Shown here one piece after another: positions 28,292-38,139 of a stretch of 64,000 nt of DNA (position 1 is the stretch's first letter; each line of letters opens with the position of its first letter). This stretch comes from a plasmid, in the sequence record NZ_CP118990.1; one strand, written 5' to 3'. Both the position numbers and the translations under genes were made by a program. The notes below the pieces were generated by a model. The model was not told the DNA's origin, ran no database searches, and saw only the letters and a list, made by a program, of their open reading frames with translations.

Positions 28292-30979
28292 CTAGAGGGT
28301 AGCAGCGGTGAGCTTTTCATAGATTCCGAGTAGATGGCTTACCCGATCCGCTGCATCCTTAAATGGGCGATCCCGATAGAGCTTATCGACAGCACTATCC
28401 AGTGCCTGATGTGCCTCAAGCAGTCCAGCAGGCATGTTGTCGGGGTCATAGAGTTCGGCCAGCGTCTTGCCAGGGTAATCCTCTCGTGCCAACTCAACCT
28501 CCTCAGCCAATCGCTCAATTTCTTTGCGCTGATTCGTCGTAACAGTGGGCCAAGGGAAGGTGTTGTAAACGACCTTATTTCCATAGCTGTACCGGCTTTC
28601 TAGCCTCATTGCCACTAGTCGCATCCAGTCGTTGTGGAGTAATGAGGAGAGGATACCGAATTCATACAGAGTACCATTTGGAAGAATGAAGTTTCGGTCA
28701 GAGCAAATGACATCCGAACTAAAGAATCCCATAGGGACATAGGTTCTACGCTCAGATGAAACACGGGGTACCAGAATATAATCGCCGGAAGTCGGCTGGC
28801 TTACCTGCATAAAAACATGTGGCTTTTCGGCCATCTTAAGTGCTGCTGGGTGACCAGCTTTGATACGAAGTTGCCGAATAATAGATGTTCTTTTCATGAC
28901 CTCAGGCATAGCCAGTAGCTCATCCTCTGAGGCATCTACCAGCCATAAACACCAACGTTCCTTGGCATTTATAAACTCTTCCGCCCCTAATATTTTTTTT
29001 ATCCAGCGTTCTGCCTGAGGTTCGCGTCTCAGTAGTTCGTCTCGCTCATCTCGGGTCAACAGTAAATGACCACCATCTGTTGGTTTATTACCAAATAGCA
29101 ATGGTGGTATGTCGCTTATCAATGGTTTGTTTCGTGCGACGACGGCGATATTACTGCCTTCTACCAGATAGGGACTGATATTTGAAACTGTGCGGCTATG
29201 CCATTCACCATCTACTTGTTGAAATAGCTGCTTGTGTTTTGAACGGGAAGATAGTCCTACAATTACAACATGAACTCCTGCTTTATCACGTGCATTATTG
29301 GCCCATGGAAAACTGGGATAAGCGAGATGAATATGTAAATCTAACGCAAAAATTCTGGGCCAGAGCGTAGCAACTTGTTCACCTTGGCAGATGGAATTGG
29401 TAGATACCAGTGCCAGCTCAGCCCGGGAACCTTGTATATACTGTGCCCCCTTCCAAAACCAACAGGCGACAAAATCCAGATATCCCAGCGCTTTATCATT
29501 GTTAAAAACGGCCTGCATATTCGCGCGCTGTTCATCTGAACGACCCAATGTACCCAAGAAGGGTGGATTCCCGATCACATAGACATCATCCTCAATCCCT
29601 TTGGGGCAGACCTTATGCCAATCTAAAACCAGACTATCACCGCTCACGATATTGCCGGATGATCTCAGTGGTAGCGCGGGGGGGGCATAGCCGAAAGTCT
29701 GCTCCCACTGCTTGTTGAGTTGATGTTCGGCCAACCAGAGTGCAAGGCGGGCGATCTCACAGGCAAAATCGTCAATCTCGATACCGTAAAACTGATCGAG
29801 GTGCAGGCTGCTCATGGAGAAGCCCTGCTGCGGTTCAAGCTGTTGCAAGGCTTGAATGGCCAGTCGCTCCAAGGTATGCAACTCCTTGTAGGCGACGATC
29901 AGGAAATTGCCCGAGCCACAGGCGGGATCGAAGACTTTGATGTTACCTAGGCGCATCAGCAGTTTTTTGAGGCCATTGGCACTCTTTCGATTTTTTTCCA
30001 ACTCGGCCCGCAGTGAATCCAGAAATAGCGGTTGGATCACCTTCATGATGTTGCTGTACGAGGTGTAGTGCTGGCCCAAATTGCCGCGCTGCTCGACATC
30101 GATCACCGCTTGGAACATCGAACCGAAGATATCCGGGTTGATGTCCCCCCAGTTCATCATGCAGCACTCCAGCAGGATCTTGCGGCCCTGCTTGCCAAGC
30201 GCCGGGATGGGCTCATCCACCGCGAATAGCCCGCCGTTTACATAGGGGAAGGCCGCCAGATGGGACGGCAGGGTTTTGCGTAACTCGCTATTGGGTTCGC
30301 TGTTCATGACGGCGAACAAGTCACTGAGGAACTGATCGAGGTCGCTGCCGTCCTCCTCGGTGTAGCCTTTAATGGCAGAGGTGAACTGACCCTGATTAAA
30401 GATCCCCGTATCTTCGGCGAACAGGCAGAACAGCAGCCGGGTCAGGAATACGTTGAGGGCATGAATATCCTCAGGTCTACTCAATTCATTGAGGCTCTTG
30501 ATGAGATCGAAGAGCTTGCCCATCTTCTCGGCAGCCTTCACATCGGCAGGGTTCTCGGCACCCAGAATCGCCTTCTCAAGGCCTGCTAAGGGTAGGAAGA
30601 AACCATATTCGCGGAACAGTTCGCCGAGCTCAGTATCGAGTCTCTCCTCAGTCAGAACGTCCCACGCGAGGAAGCGAACAAAATCGGTGAGGATGACGAA
30701 GCGGTATTTGTGCTTGGTGCTGGCACATTCTGCAATCCGCTGTTCAAAAAGGAGCTCGATATCGGCGCCTTCATCCACCGGCTGAAAGTAGAACTTTGAG
30801 TTGATGCCAACGTGGCCCGATTCTTTGGCAAGGTTGCGACTCCCCCCTTGCCTGATATGCGTGATCGTGGCCTTGGGCAGTCCATAGGCGGCCATAAAGG
30901 CAAAGATAAATTCGGATTGGTCAGGTGCGCTGACCAGCGCTTTCAAGTCATCGGAGATTTTGGTCTGATTGACGGCCAT
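28292..30979 (-). CDS. MmeI-family (Type IIG/IIL-like) N6-adenine DNA methyltransferase with C-terminal TRD; N-terminal nuclease D-x9-ExK motif not detectable
   Basis: Long colinear similarity to MmeI: LLFCLFAEDT, AAFPYVNGGLF, FDPACGSGNFL (motif I), GNPPF (motif IV), NTFPWP; N-terminal region lacks the EMK catalytic triad. Confidence 0.75.
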   Translation of the reverse strand: MAVNQTKISDDLKALVSAPDQSEFIFAFMAAYGLPKATITHIRQGGSRNLAKESGHVGINSKFYFQPVDEGADIELLFEQRIAECASTKHKYRFVILTDFVRFLAWDVLTEERLDTELGELFREYGFFLPLAGLEKAILGAENPADVKAAEKMGKLFDLIKSLNELSRPEDIHALNVFLTRLLFCLFAEDTGIFNQGQFTSAIKGYTEEDGSDLDQFLSDLFAVMNSEPNSELRKTLPSHLAAFPYVNGGLFAVDEPIPALGKQGRKILLECCMMNWGDINPDIFGSMFQAVIDVEQRGNLGQHYTSYSNIMKVIQPLFLDSLRAELEKNRKSANGLKKLLMRLGNIKVFDPACGSGNFLIVAYKELHTLERLAIQALQQLEPQQGFSMSSLHLDQFYGIEIDDFACEIARLALWLAEHQLNKQWEQTFGYAPPALPLRSSGNIVSGDSLVLDWHKVCPKGIEDDVYVIGNPPFLGTLGRSDEQRANMQAVFNNDKALGYLDFVACWFWKGAQYIQGSRAELALVSTNSICQGEQVATLWPRIFALDLHIHLAYPSFPWANNARDKAGVHVVIVGLSSRSKHKQLFQQVDGEWHSRTVSNISPYLVEGSNIAVVARNKPLISDIPPLLFGNKPTDGGHLLLTRDERDELLRREPQAERWIKKILGAEEFINAKERWCLWLVDASEDELLAMPEVMKRTSIIRQLRIKAGHPAALKMAEKPHVFMQVSQPTSGDYILVPRVSSERRTYVPMGFFSSDVICSDRNFILPNGTLYEFGILSSLLHNDWMRLVAMRLESRYSYGNKVVYNTFPWPTVTTNQRKEIERLAEEVELAREDYPGKTLAELYDPDNMPAGLLEAHQALDSAVDKLYRDRPFKDAADRVSHLLGIYEKLTAATL

Positions 30980-31071
30980 GATGATCCTTGGTGCTCTACT
31001 GCAATGTCACATCCACGTAGGGAGGGCAGTGTTCATATTCGATTGGGCACAATGGTAAACCATTGACGCTA

Positions 31072-31094
31072 CGAGACACGAGACACGAGACACA
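31072..31094. repeat. Heptanucleotide simple repeat (CGAGACA)x3.3 in divergent promoter region of the MTase operon
   Basis: acgagacacgagacacgagacaca read directly. Confidence 0.6.
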
Positions 31095-31120
31095 ATCTTT
31101 GCGAGAAGCGGGCACAATTC

Positions 31121-31552
31121 ATGTTCCCGATCTGGTCATCGGAGTTCACTGAAATCGTGTCCACTCGTCCAAATTTGTACAACTGCACCAGTATCATGAC
31201 TTGCGGGATAGTAGAGGCTATTCAGCCACTGGTTATGAAGGGTAGGACAGACTGCGATCCCTTTATGCGCTATTCCATCAGCGATTTGACGACAGTCTAT
31301 GGTGGCATGTTTGGCAGAGGAAGTAGGCCATTCGGCCGTTATGGGTATCTGACTGACTCCAAGACCCCTGATCCCTACCTGCTTTTGCCAGCAGACAGGG
31401 AGGAGGTCAAAACACTCTTCAAGTGCCGGGACTCATCACTGCCCGCTTATCTGCTTGATTACGTGCGATGCCAGAGTCACGGCCAGATCATCTATCCTTG
31501 GAACATGGGGCGGGACAGTGTTTTCCCTGTCGGCGTGGTCTTCTTCCACTGA
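31121..31552 (+). CDS. Hypothetical protein
   Basis: 143-aa ORF followed by hairpin terminator. Confidence 0.35.
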   Translation: MFPIWSSEFTEIVSTRPNLYNCTSIMTCGIVEAIQPLVMKGRTDCDPFMRYSISDLTTVYGGMFGRGSRPFGRYGYLTDSKTPDPYLLLPADREEVKTLFKCRDSSLPAYLLDYVRCQSHGQIIYPWNMGRDSVFPVGVVFFH

Positions 31553-31564
31553 TTAGAATGAGAA

Positions 31565-31591
31565 AGGGGCCTTAGGCCCCTGCTTCGTTTT
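31565..31591. terminator. Terminator hairpin ggggccttaggcccc + T-rich tail (shared by convergent genes)
   Basis: Perfect 6-bp GC stem, loop tta. Confidence 0.6.
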
Positions 31592-31913
31592 CAGTTCTCA
31601 AGCTGCGAGCAACTTTGCCGGGATATGCCTTCCTGATAGGGGGTTTCATTCTTGGTGCGCTTCAAGTCCACCAGCTCGTCCACAATGGGGTTCATTGCGA
31701 GCTCGTGGGGTGATGCCACCTTGCGGCATTTAGTCGCGAAATGGGAGTTCACATCCACAACGACAGAGAGCAGAACCGGATCAGCATTCAAGTCCTCCAA
31801 TCCCTTTGCGATAGTGATCGCATCCTCGCTCACATAGCTACGGGCCAGCCCTGTATCAGCCGCCATTAAAGAACTGGTGTAGATAAAGGCTGTCATCATC
31901 AACAGTCGTAACA
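31591..31913 (-). CDS. Small secreted hypothetical protein (signal peptide)
   Basis: Start taken at MLRLLMMTAFIYTSSLMAA (signal-like) downstream of topB. Confidence 0.35.
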
Positions 31914-31928
31914 TCGTTACATCCTCAT

Positions 31929-34124
31929 TCAATCCTGAAAATCGGACTTTTTGAAAGGCATCGTGGTCTTGCAATCCGGGTATCCTGTGCAGCCCCAGAA
32001 CTTGGTGGCTCTGACTTTTCCAGGTGCCTTGCCTTTCCTCAGTCGCATCGGGCTGGCGCAGTCCGGACAGGCAGGGCAATCCTCAGTCGCGATCCTTTTC
32101 TCTGGTTTGCCTCTGTTATCCGGGAACGTCTTCTCGCAAGCCTCGTTCTTACAACCCCAGAAGAACCCGTTTTTCCCCTTGATCCGGATCAGTGTCTCCC
32201 CACCGCAGTTGAAGCAGACATGCAGCTGGGGTTTTGCCCCGGCAAAGGCCTTTACCATTGCACCTCCGTCCTGTGTAAGAGCAGGGGCCGCCGTCTTGAG
32301 CTGCTCGACCATCTGGCATATCCAGGATGAGATCTGTTTCATGAAGACAGACATGTTCCCGGCGCCAGTGGCGATTTTTTCAAGTTCCTGCTCCCAGGCG
32401 GCCGTCATCCCAGGTGACTTGATCGCTGGTGGTAGTACCGCTATGAGCGCATGGGCCTTCTCAGTGGCGATCAGCACTTTTTTCTGACGCTTGAAGTAAC
32501 CCTTATCCACGGCACCCTGGATGATGCTCGCTCGGGTGGCTGGGGTGCCTAGGCCTGCCGTGTCTTTGAGGATCTGCTTGAACTTCTCCTCGGTCACGAA
32601 TCTGGCGATGTTCTCCATTGCGGCCAAGAGGGTGGCTTCGGTGAAATGCGGGGCGGGGCGGGTCATTTTGTTCGCAAGATCGGCCCCTTTCAATAACGCC
32701 GGTTCTCCTTGGCTGACGCGGGGTAACTTCTCTTGCTCAATCAGTGCATCGACATCCTCACCTTCTTCCTTCGGGTCACTCTCACTGTCAGAGGTGAACA
32801 ACACCTTCCAGCCTTGCTTGGTTGGTGTTTTGCCTGACGCAGCGAAGAGGTGACGGCCACTTTGCACCTCAATGACGGTTTTGGAAAACTCAAACTCGCT
32901 GTAGAACTGCGCAATGTAGAAGCGGCGGATCGCATCGTACAGGTTGAGCTCGATCTCCGACATGGCGCTGATGTTCGTTCTGGCTGGTGTCGGGATGATC
33001 GCGTGGTGCGCGGACACTTTACTGTCATTGAACACCCTGGCCTTGCGATGTGGGTCAGCCCCGGCCACCAGCCCGGAGACCCTTTGATCGGACAATATGA
33101 GCGCCTGGAGGATGTCGGAGATGTTCTCCTTCTGGCTCTCCGGTAGATACCGGCTGTCGGTTCGTGGATAGGTAGTGGCTTTGTGCGTTTCGTACAGAGA
33201 TTGGGCTGCGTCGAGCACCTGCTGAGCGGTATAGCCCCATCGTTTGCTGCCGTACTGCTGTAGGGCGGTGAGGTCAAATGGCAGGGGAGCCGACTCTTTA
33301 CCGGGTTTTGTCTCCGCCTTACTGATGACGGCTTGAGCCCCATTGATCTGGGAGGCGACTTGCTCGGCATAGGCTTTATTGGTACACCGGCCCTGATCGT
33401 CGCTGCACTCCTCGGGCGGTACCCACTGCGCCAAAAACTGCCCATTCTGAACAGCAACGTTGACGCCCAGCACCCAGTATGGCGAGGGTGTGAAGCCCGC
33501 AATATCCCGGTCACGCTGACACACCAGAGCGACAGTAGGGGTGATCACCCTTCCAACATGGAGTGTACTCTCGAAACCGACTTGTCGAGCCAGGACGGTA
33601 TAGAGGCGGCTCACGTTCATGCCGATCAACCAGTCTGCACGTTGCCGCCCAAGGGCTGCGTAGTACAGGGGCACAGTATCCTGACCATCTTTGATATTGC
33701 TGAGTGCTTTGCGGATGCTTGATTCATCCAGGGCTGTCAGGCAAACACGGCGCACCGGGCCTGAGTAGCGGAACCTGTCTAAAAGGGATCTCGCGATGGC
33801 CTCGCCCTCGCGGTCGTAGTCCGTGGAGATGTAGACGGTACTGGCCTTTTTCACCAAGCCCTCAATGATCTTGTACTGCTTGGCGGATTTCTGGCGAACT
33901 TTGCTCTGCCATGACTCCGGCGCAATGGGGAGAGAGTCGAGAGACCATGACTTGTATTTCTCGTCGTAGTCGTCGGGCATATACATCTCAAGCAGATGGC
34001 CGAACGCCCAGGTGATGACTCGCTTGCCTCCGTCATGGATGAAGCCGTCACCGCGTTGTGTCAACTTCAACACACCGGCCAGATCTTTTGCCTGTGAAGG
34101 CTTTTCGCAAATGTACAGATCCAT
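31929..34124 (-). CDS. topB: DNA topoisomerase III
   Basis: MDLYICEKPSQAKDLA... Toprim N-terminus, active-site Tyr region, C-terminal Zn-ribbon Cys clusters; 731 aa. Confidence 0.85.
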   Translation of the reverse strand: MDLYICEKPSQAKDLAGVLKLTQRGDGFIHDGGKRVITWAFGHLLEMYMPDDYDEKYKSWSLDSLPIAPESWQSKVRQKSAKQYKIIEGLVKKASTVYISTDYDREGEAIARSLLDRFRYSGPVRRVCLTALDESSIRKALSNIKDGQDTVPLYYAALGRQRADWLIGMNVSRLYTVLARQVGFESTLHVGRVITPTVALVCQRDRDIAGFTPSPYWVLGVNVAVQNGQFLAQWVPPEECSDDQGRCTNKAYAEQVASQINGAQAVISKAETKPGKESAPLPFDLTALQQYGSKRWGYTAQQVLDAAQSLYETHKATTYPRTDSRYLPESQKENISDILQALILSDQRVSGLVAGADPHRKARVFNDSKVSAHHAIIPTPARTNISAMSEIELNLYDAIRRFYIAQFYSEFEFSKTVIEVQSGRHLFAASGKTPTKQGWKVLFTSDSESDPKEEGEDVDALIEQEKLPRVSQGEPALLKGADLANKMTRPAPHFTEATLLAAMENIARFVTEEKFKQILKDTAGLGTPATRASIIQGAVDKGYFKRQKKVLIATEKAHALIAVLPPAIKSPGMTAAWEQELEKIATGAGNMSVFMKQISSWICQMVEQLKTAAPALTQDGGAMVKAFAGAKPQLHVCFNCGGETLIRIKGKNGFFWGCKNEACEKTFPDNRGKPEKRIATEDCPACPDCASPMRLRKGKAPGKVRATKFWGCTGYPDCKTTMPFKKSDFQD

Positions 34125-34339
34125 TACACAGCCCCCCTCATAGCCTGAGTTGGGCTTGCCAGTTCACTCCAGTTTCGGGCCAAGTCTTTGACCTGCGGGT
34201 AGTCTTTGGAAAGGTCTCCTAGTATCCCAGAGATCACATAAGCCGCCTCTTGGGGGCTCCCCCTCGATGCGGCTTCCTGGAGCATGATCGTGAAGGCATC
34301 TGCGAGATCAGCGTTATTGGTTATTTCAGTGCTTTGCAT
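34124..34339 (-). CDS. Small hypothetical protein
   Basis: 71-aa ORF overlapping neighbours, operonic with topB. Confidence 0.3.
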   Translation of the reverse strand: MQSTEITNNADLADAFTIMLQEAASRGSPQEAAYVISGILGDLSKDYPQVKDLARNWSELASPTQAMRGAV

Positions 34340-34935
34340 GGGTTCACCACTGAGTAGGGGCGCACAGACTCGCGCACAATGCGCCGGTCATCGGGGGTTA
34401 CGCCTTGGTTGGTACAGAAATGGGTCCAGGCCTGTAAATAACCGTGGGAGGTGTGAACAGGCGGGATGCAGCCGGTGATCACTTCCGAAGGCACATTCGT
34501 TGCACCTTGGGCATCGATAAAGCGCCAGTCGTGCTCGTCCATCCCTTTGCCAGCGTTGCAATAACGCTCCCAGCGGGAAATCTCATAAACGGAGTAGCCT
34601 TGGCGGTTGCCGGATTGGATCCCTTCGAACGCCGTCATGGTCGCAGCGATGTCACCGGGCGTCAGTATCGGTGCCGGAAGGGAAATGGTTTCTGATGTTG
34701 TGCTGGCGATGTTGGATGTCAGCGAACCATCCTGCCCCAACACATGGACAAACGCCGGTTGTCTCAGCGCCGCGCCGCCCCGCCCATAATTGTCCCACGC
34801 AACAGTCAGCTCCCGGCTGACCCTCGCCGGTTTGTCGTTGATCGCTGGGGCCTGCGGGGCAGGTGGAGCCTCGGGTGTGTTTGCCGCACACCCGGCCAAC
34901 ATAGCGACCCCAAGAATCAATAGCCGTTGTCTCAT
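34321..34935 (-). CDS. Hypothetical lipoprotein
   Basis: Lipobox LAGC after signal peptide; 204 aa. Confidence 0.5.
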   Translation of the reverse strand: MRQRLLILGVAMLAGCAANTPEAPPAPQAPAINDKPARVSRELTVAWDNYGRGGAALRQPAFVHVLGQDGSLTSNIASTTSETISLPAPILTPGDIAATMTAFEGIQSGNRQGYSVYEISRWERYCNAGKGMDEHDWRFIDAQGATNVPSEVITGCIPPVHTSHGYLQAWTHFCTNQGVTPDDRRIVRESVRPYSVVNPCKALK

Positions 34936-35097
34936 CGCGTAATTCCTTCCTTACCATCATGGATGTCCCATTCTACTGGGGGAGGAAGTGGAACCTCGTT
35001 TCTCAAACTGCCCAAATTGGACAGTTACGCAGGTGTGAGAGGAGAAATAGTTTTGAGAGCATGTAACGACGTAAAACGATGAACATGGTCAAGTTAC

Positions 35098-38000
35098 ATG
35101 TTGAGTGTCCTGAACAAGTTGTTTGGATGGGGCGGGAGCAAGGGGGAGTCCCCTCAGAGTGGCAGGCTCTTGCCGTTGAAGGACATGGATGAGGAAGACA
35201 TCCCTCGCTACCCTCCTTTTGCCAAAGGCCTGCCTGTGGCCCCGATTGACAAGATACTGGCGACTCAAGCTGAACTGATCGAGAAGGTCAGGAACTCACT
35301 CGGTTTCACCATTGAGGACTTCAACCGGCTGGTACTGCCGGTGATCCACCGCTATGCCGCTTTTGTGCATCTATTGCCTGCATCGGAGGCTCATCACCAC
35401 CGGGGAGCTGGTGGACTGTTTCGTCATGGCCTGGAGGTTGCCTTCTGGGCCGCTCAGGCATCCGAGTCTGTGATCTTCTCCATTGAAGGGACACCTAAGC
35501 AGCGGCGGGATAATGAACCTCGCTGGCGGTTGGCGAGCTGTTTTTCCGGGTTGCTGCATGACGTGGGCAAGCCGCTCGCTGATGTGTCCATTACGGACAA
35601 AAATGGGGTAGTGACCTGGAACCCCTACTTTGAATCCCTTCATGATTGGGCCGGACGCAATCACGTTGACCGGTACTTTATTCGCTGGCGGGAGAAGCGC
35701 CATAAGCGCCACGAACAGTTCTCTCTCTTGGCAGTAGATCGGATCATCCCGGTCGCAACCAGGGAATATCTCTCGGAGTCTGGCCCGCTGATCATTGAGG
35801 CAATGCTTGAGGCCATTTCAGGTACCAGTGTTAACCAGCCGGTGACGAAACTGATGCTTCGCGCCGATCAGGAGAGTGTATCCCGAGACCTGAAACAGAA
35901 CCGGCTCAACGTGGACGAGTTCTCCTATGGCGTACCCGTTGAACGGTATGTGTTCGACGCTATCCGCCGTCTGGTTAAAACGGGAAAATGGAAGGTCAAT
36001 GAACCGGGGGCCAAGGTTTGGCATCTCCAGCAAGGGGTATTCATCGCTTGGCGTAATCTTGGTGATCTCTACGATTTGATCAGTCACGACAAAATTCCGG
36101 GCATCCCACGGGATCCGGATACCCTTGCCGACATTCTGATCGAACGCGGGTTTGCTGTACCTAACACTGTGCAAGAGAAGGGAGACCGAGCGTACTACCG
36201 GTACTGGGAAGTCCTTCCCGAGATGATTCAAGAGGCTGCGGGCTCTATCAAGATCCTTATGCTGCGCCTTGAGTCAAATGAGCTGGTCTTCACAACTGAG
36301 CCACCAGCTGCCGTGGCGGGCGAAGTTGTGGGTGATGTGGCGGATGCTGTCATCGAGCTCATTGATCCTGATGAAGCGAGTGACGCTGATGATGAGTCAG
36401 CCAGTGGCATGAGTGAAAGCCTGCTGTCTGCTGAGCAAGAGGCCATGAACGCGCTGGCTGGGTTGGGATTTGGGGATGCGATGGAGATCCTGGGAGGAAC
36501 AGCCAGTGACGACAATGCTACCCAGCCAGCACCAGTAGTGGACACCACTCCACCAGCAAAACCAGCAAAAGGGGCTGGTGGTCGTGGCGGGAAGAATCAA
36601 GCCAAAAAAACCGCTCCGGCAGCGCCCGAACAACAGCAGCCCGAGCCTTCGCCTCAGGAGATCGCGAAAAGTACCCCGCCGCTGGCCGTGGAAAATCCGC
36701 TGCAAGCCATCATGGATGTCGGTGGGGGCTTGGGTGGACTCGACTTCCCGTTCGATGCGTTTGTTGCGGGTACCAGCATGTCCGATGAGCCTAGCCAGGC
36801 ACTAGCCCCTGAACCGAAACAGGATGTTGCCAATCCGGACAACCCAGACACACCCAATCTGGGCCTGATGAATCAGGTTTTCCCGAACTTCATGAATGAT
36901 GAGTCCACCGGAGATGTGGGTGGGATGGATCTACCTCCTGCGTGGGCGATCGAGGAAATTCCATCATTCCATGCCTATGAGGGTGAGGTAGGCCAGCCTG
37001 GAAACCAGTTTGTGAGTGAAGAACTGGCTGGCGCCGACGCTCCGGATGCCAAAGGCGAGCTGCTGACATTGATGGCAACGTTCGGAGAGGCAGGGCCCAT
37101 TCTGGAACGAGCAATTTTACCCGTGCTGGAAGGGAAGGCGACACTAGGTGAAGTGCTCTGCTTGATGAAAGGCCAGGCGGTGATCTTGTACCCAGAGGGC
37201 GCTCGGGCACTCGGAGCTCCGTCAGAAATCCTGACAGCCCTATTCCATGCTCAAGCCATTGTCCCCGATCCGGTTATGTCCGGGCGTAAGGTTCAGGACT
37301 TCAATGGCGTCAAAGCGATTGTTCTGACGGAACAATTATCCAGCGCGTTCATTGCGGCCATCAAGCAGGCAGAATCTTTACTGGGGGGCTATCAAGATGC
37401 CTTTGAGCTTGTTGCCTCTCCTGAGGTCAAGAAAACCCAGTCGAAAAAAAATAGAGGTCAGAGGAAGACAAGCCGCTCGGAAAGTAGCGGAGAAGATAGC
37501 CATGCAGCCTCTCCAGAAAGAGCTCAGGTGGAGGAAAAGCGCGTGATTGCCGATGCGCAGCTCATCGACGTGTCTGTCGAGCCCCCATCGCCACCAGTCG
37601 ATACTACGCCACCACCTGACAAGGTTGTGCCGCGGAAGGAATCACGGGGCAAGGAGAAGGTGGACAAACCAATTCAGCCTGCACCAACAACCAAACCTGC
37701 CGAGGGAACTCAAAATCTCGCTCGCTTGCCGCCGCGTGAGCAGCCAAAGCCTGAGTCTCAGCAAAAGCAGGCTAGGGTGATTGACGTAGGCAATATCGCG
37801 TTGCCAGGCCCAGATCTCCCCGAGGAACTGAGCCCGAGGAGCATCGTGAAGGAGGAGACGGTTGATGAGGCGCTCTATCTCCCACCGAAGATGACTCCCG
37901 AGAAAGCGATTCAGATGCTCAAGGAGATGATCAAGAACCGCAGTGGACGATGGCTTGTCAGCGCTGTGCTTGAAGAAGAAGGATTCCTCACTACCAGCGA

Positions 38001-38139
38001 CAAGGCTTTTGAGGTTATCGCTGGGGAATATACCGGGATCAGTAAGCATGTTTTGGGTGGCACTTTGCGCCGAGCACAAAGGAGACCGTTGCTCAAGCAA
38101 CGCCAAGGAAAACTCTATTTGGAGGTAGATAAATCGTGA
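35098..38139 (+). CDS. traI: MOBH-family conjugative relaxase TraI (HD-domain type, SXT/IncA-C-like)
   Basis: HD motif region HHHRGAGGLFRHGLEVA...LLHDVGK; 1013 aa; followed by traD. Confidence 0.8.
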   Translation: MLSVLNKLFGWGGSKGESPQSGRLLPLKDMDEEDIPRYPPFAKGLPVAPIDKILATQAELIEKVRNSLGFTIEDFNRLVLPVIHRYAAFVHLLPASEAHHHRGAGGLFRHGLEVAFWAAQASESVIFSIEGTPKQRRDNEPRWRLASCFSGLLHDVGKPLADVSITDKNGVVTWNPYFESLHDWAGRNHVDRYFIRWREKRHKRHEQFSLLAVDRIIPVATREYLSESGPLIIEAMLEAISGTSVNQPVTKLMLRADQESVSRDLKQNRLNVDEFSYGVPVERYVFDAIRRLVKTGKWKVNEPGAKVWHLQQGVFIAWRNLGDLYDLISHDKIPGIPRDPDTLADILIERGFAVPNTVQEKGDRAYYRYWEVLPEMIQEAAGSIKILMLRLESNELVFTTEPPAAVAGEVVGDVADAVIELIDPDEASDADDESASGMSESLLSAEQEAMNALAGLGFGDAMEILGGTASDDNATQPAPVVDTTPPAKPAKGAGGRGGKNQAKKTAPAAPEQQQPEPSPQEIAKSTPPLAVENPLQAIMDVGGGLGGLDFPFDAFVAGTSMSDEPSQALAPEPKQDVANPDNPDTPNLGLMNQVFPNFMNDESTGDVGGMDLPPAWAIEEIPSFHAYEGEVGQPGNQFVSEELAGADAPDAKGELLTLMATFGEAGPILERAILPVLEGKATLGEVLCLMKGQAVILYPEGARALGAPSEILTALFHAQAIVPDPVMSGRKVQDFNGVKAIVLTEQLSSAFIAAIKQAESLLGGYQDAFELVASPEVKKTQSKKNRGQRKTSRSESSGEDSHAASPERAQVEEKRVIADAQLIDVSVEPPSPPVDTTPPPDKVVPRKESRGKEKVDKPIQPAPTTKPAEGTQNLARLPPREQPKPESQQKQARVIDVGNIALPGPDLPEELSPRSIVKEETVDEALYLPPKMTPEKAIQMLKEMIKNRSGRWLVSAVLEEEGFLTTSDKAFEVIAGEYTGISKHVLGGTLRRAQRRPLLKQRQGKLYLEVDKS

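Noticed and set aside
32741-33514. 257-aa minus-strand ORF overlapping topB in another frame
   Set aside because: Entirely nested in the well-supported topB reading frame; Arg/Ser/Pro-rich composition characteristic of off-frame translation.
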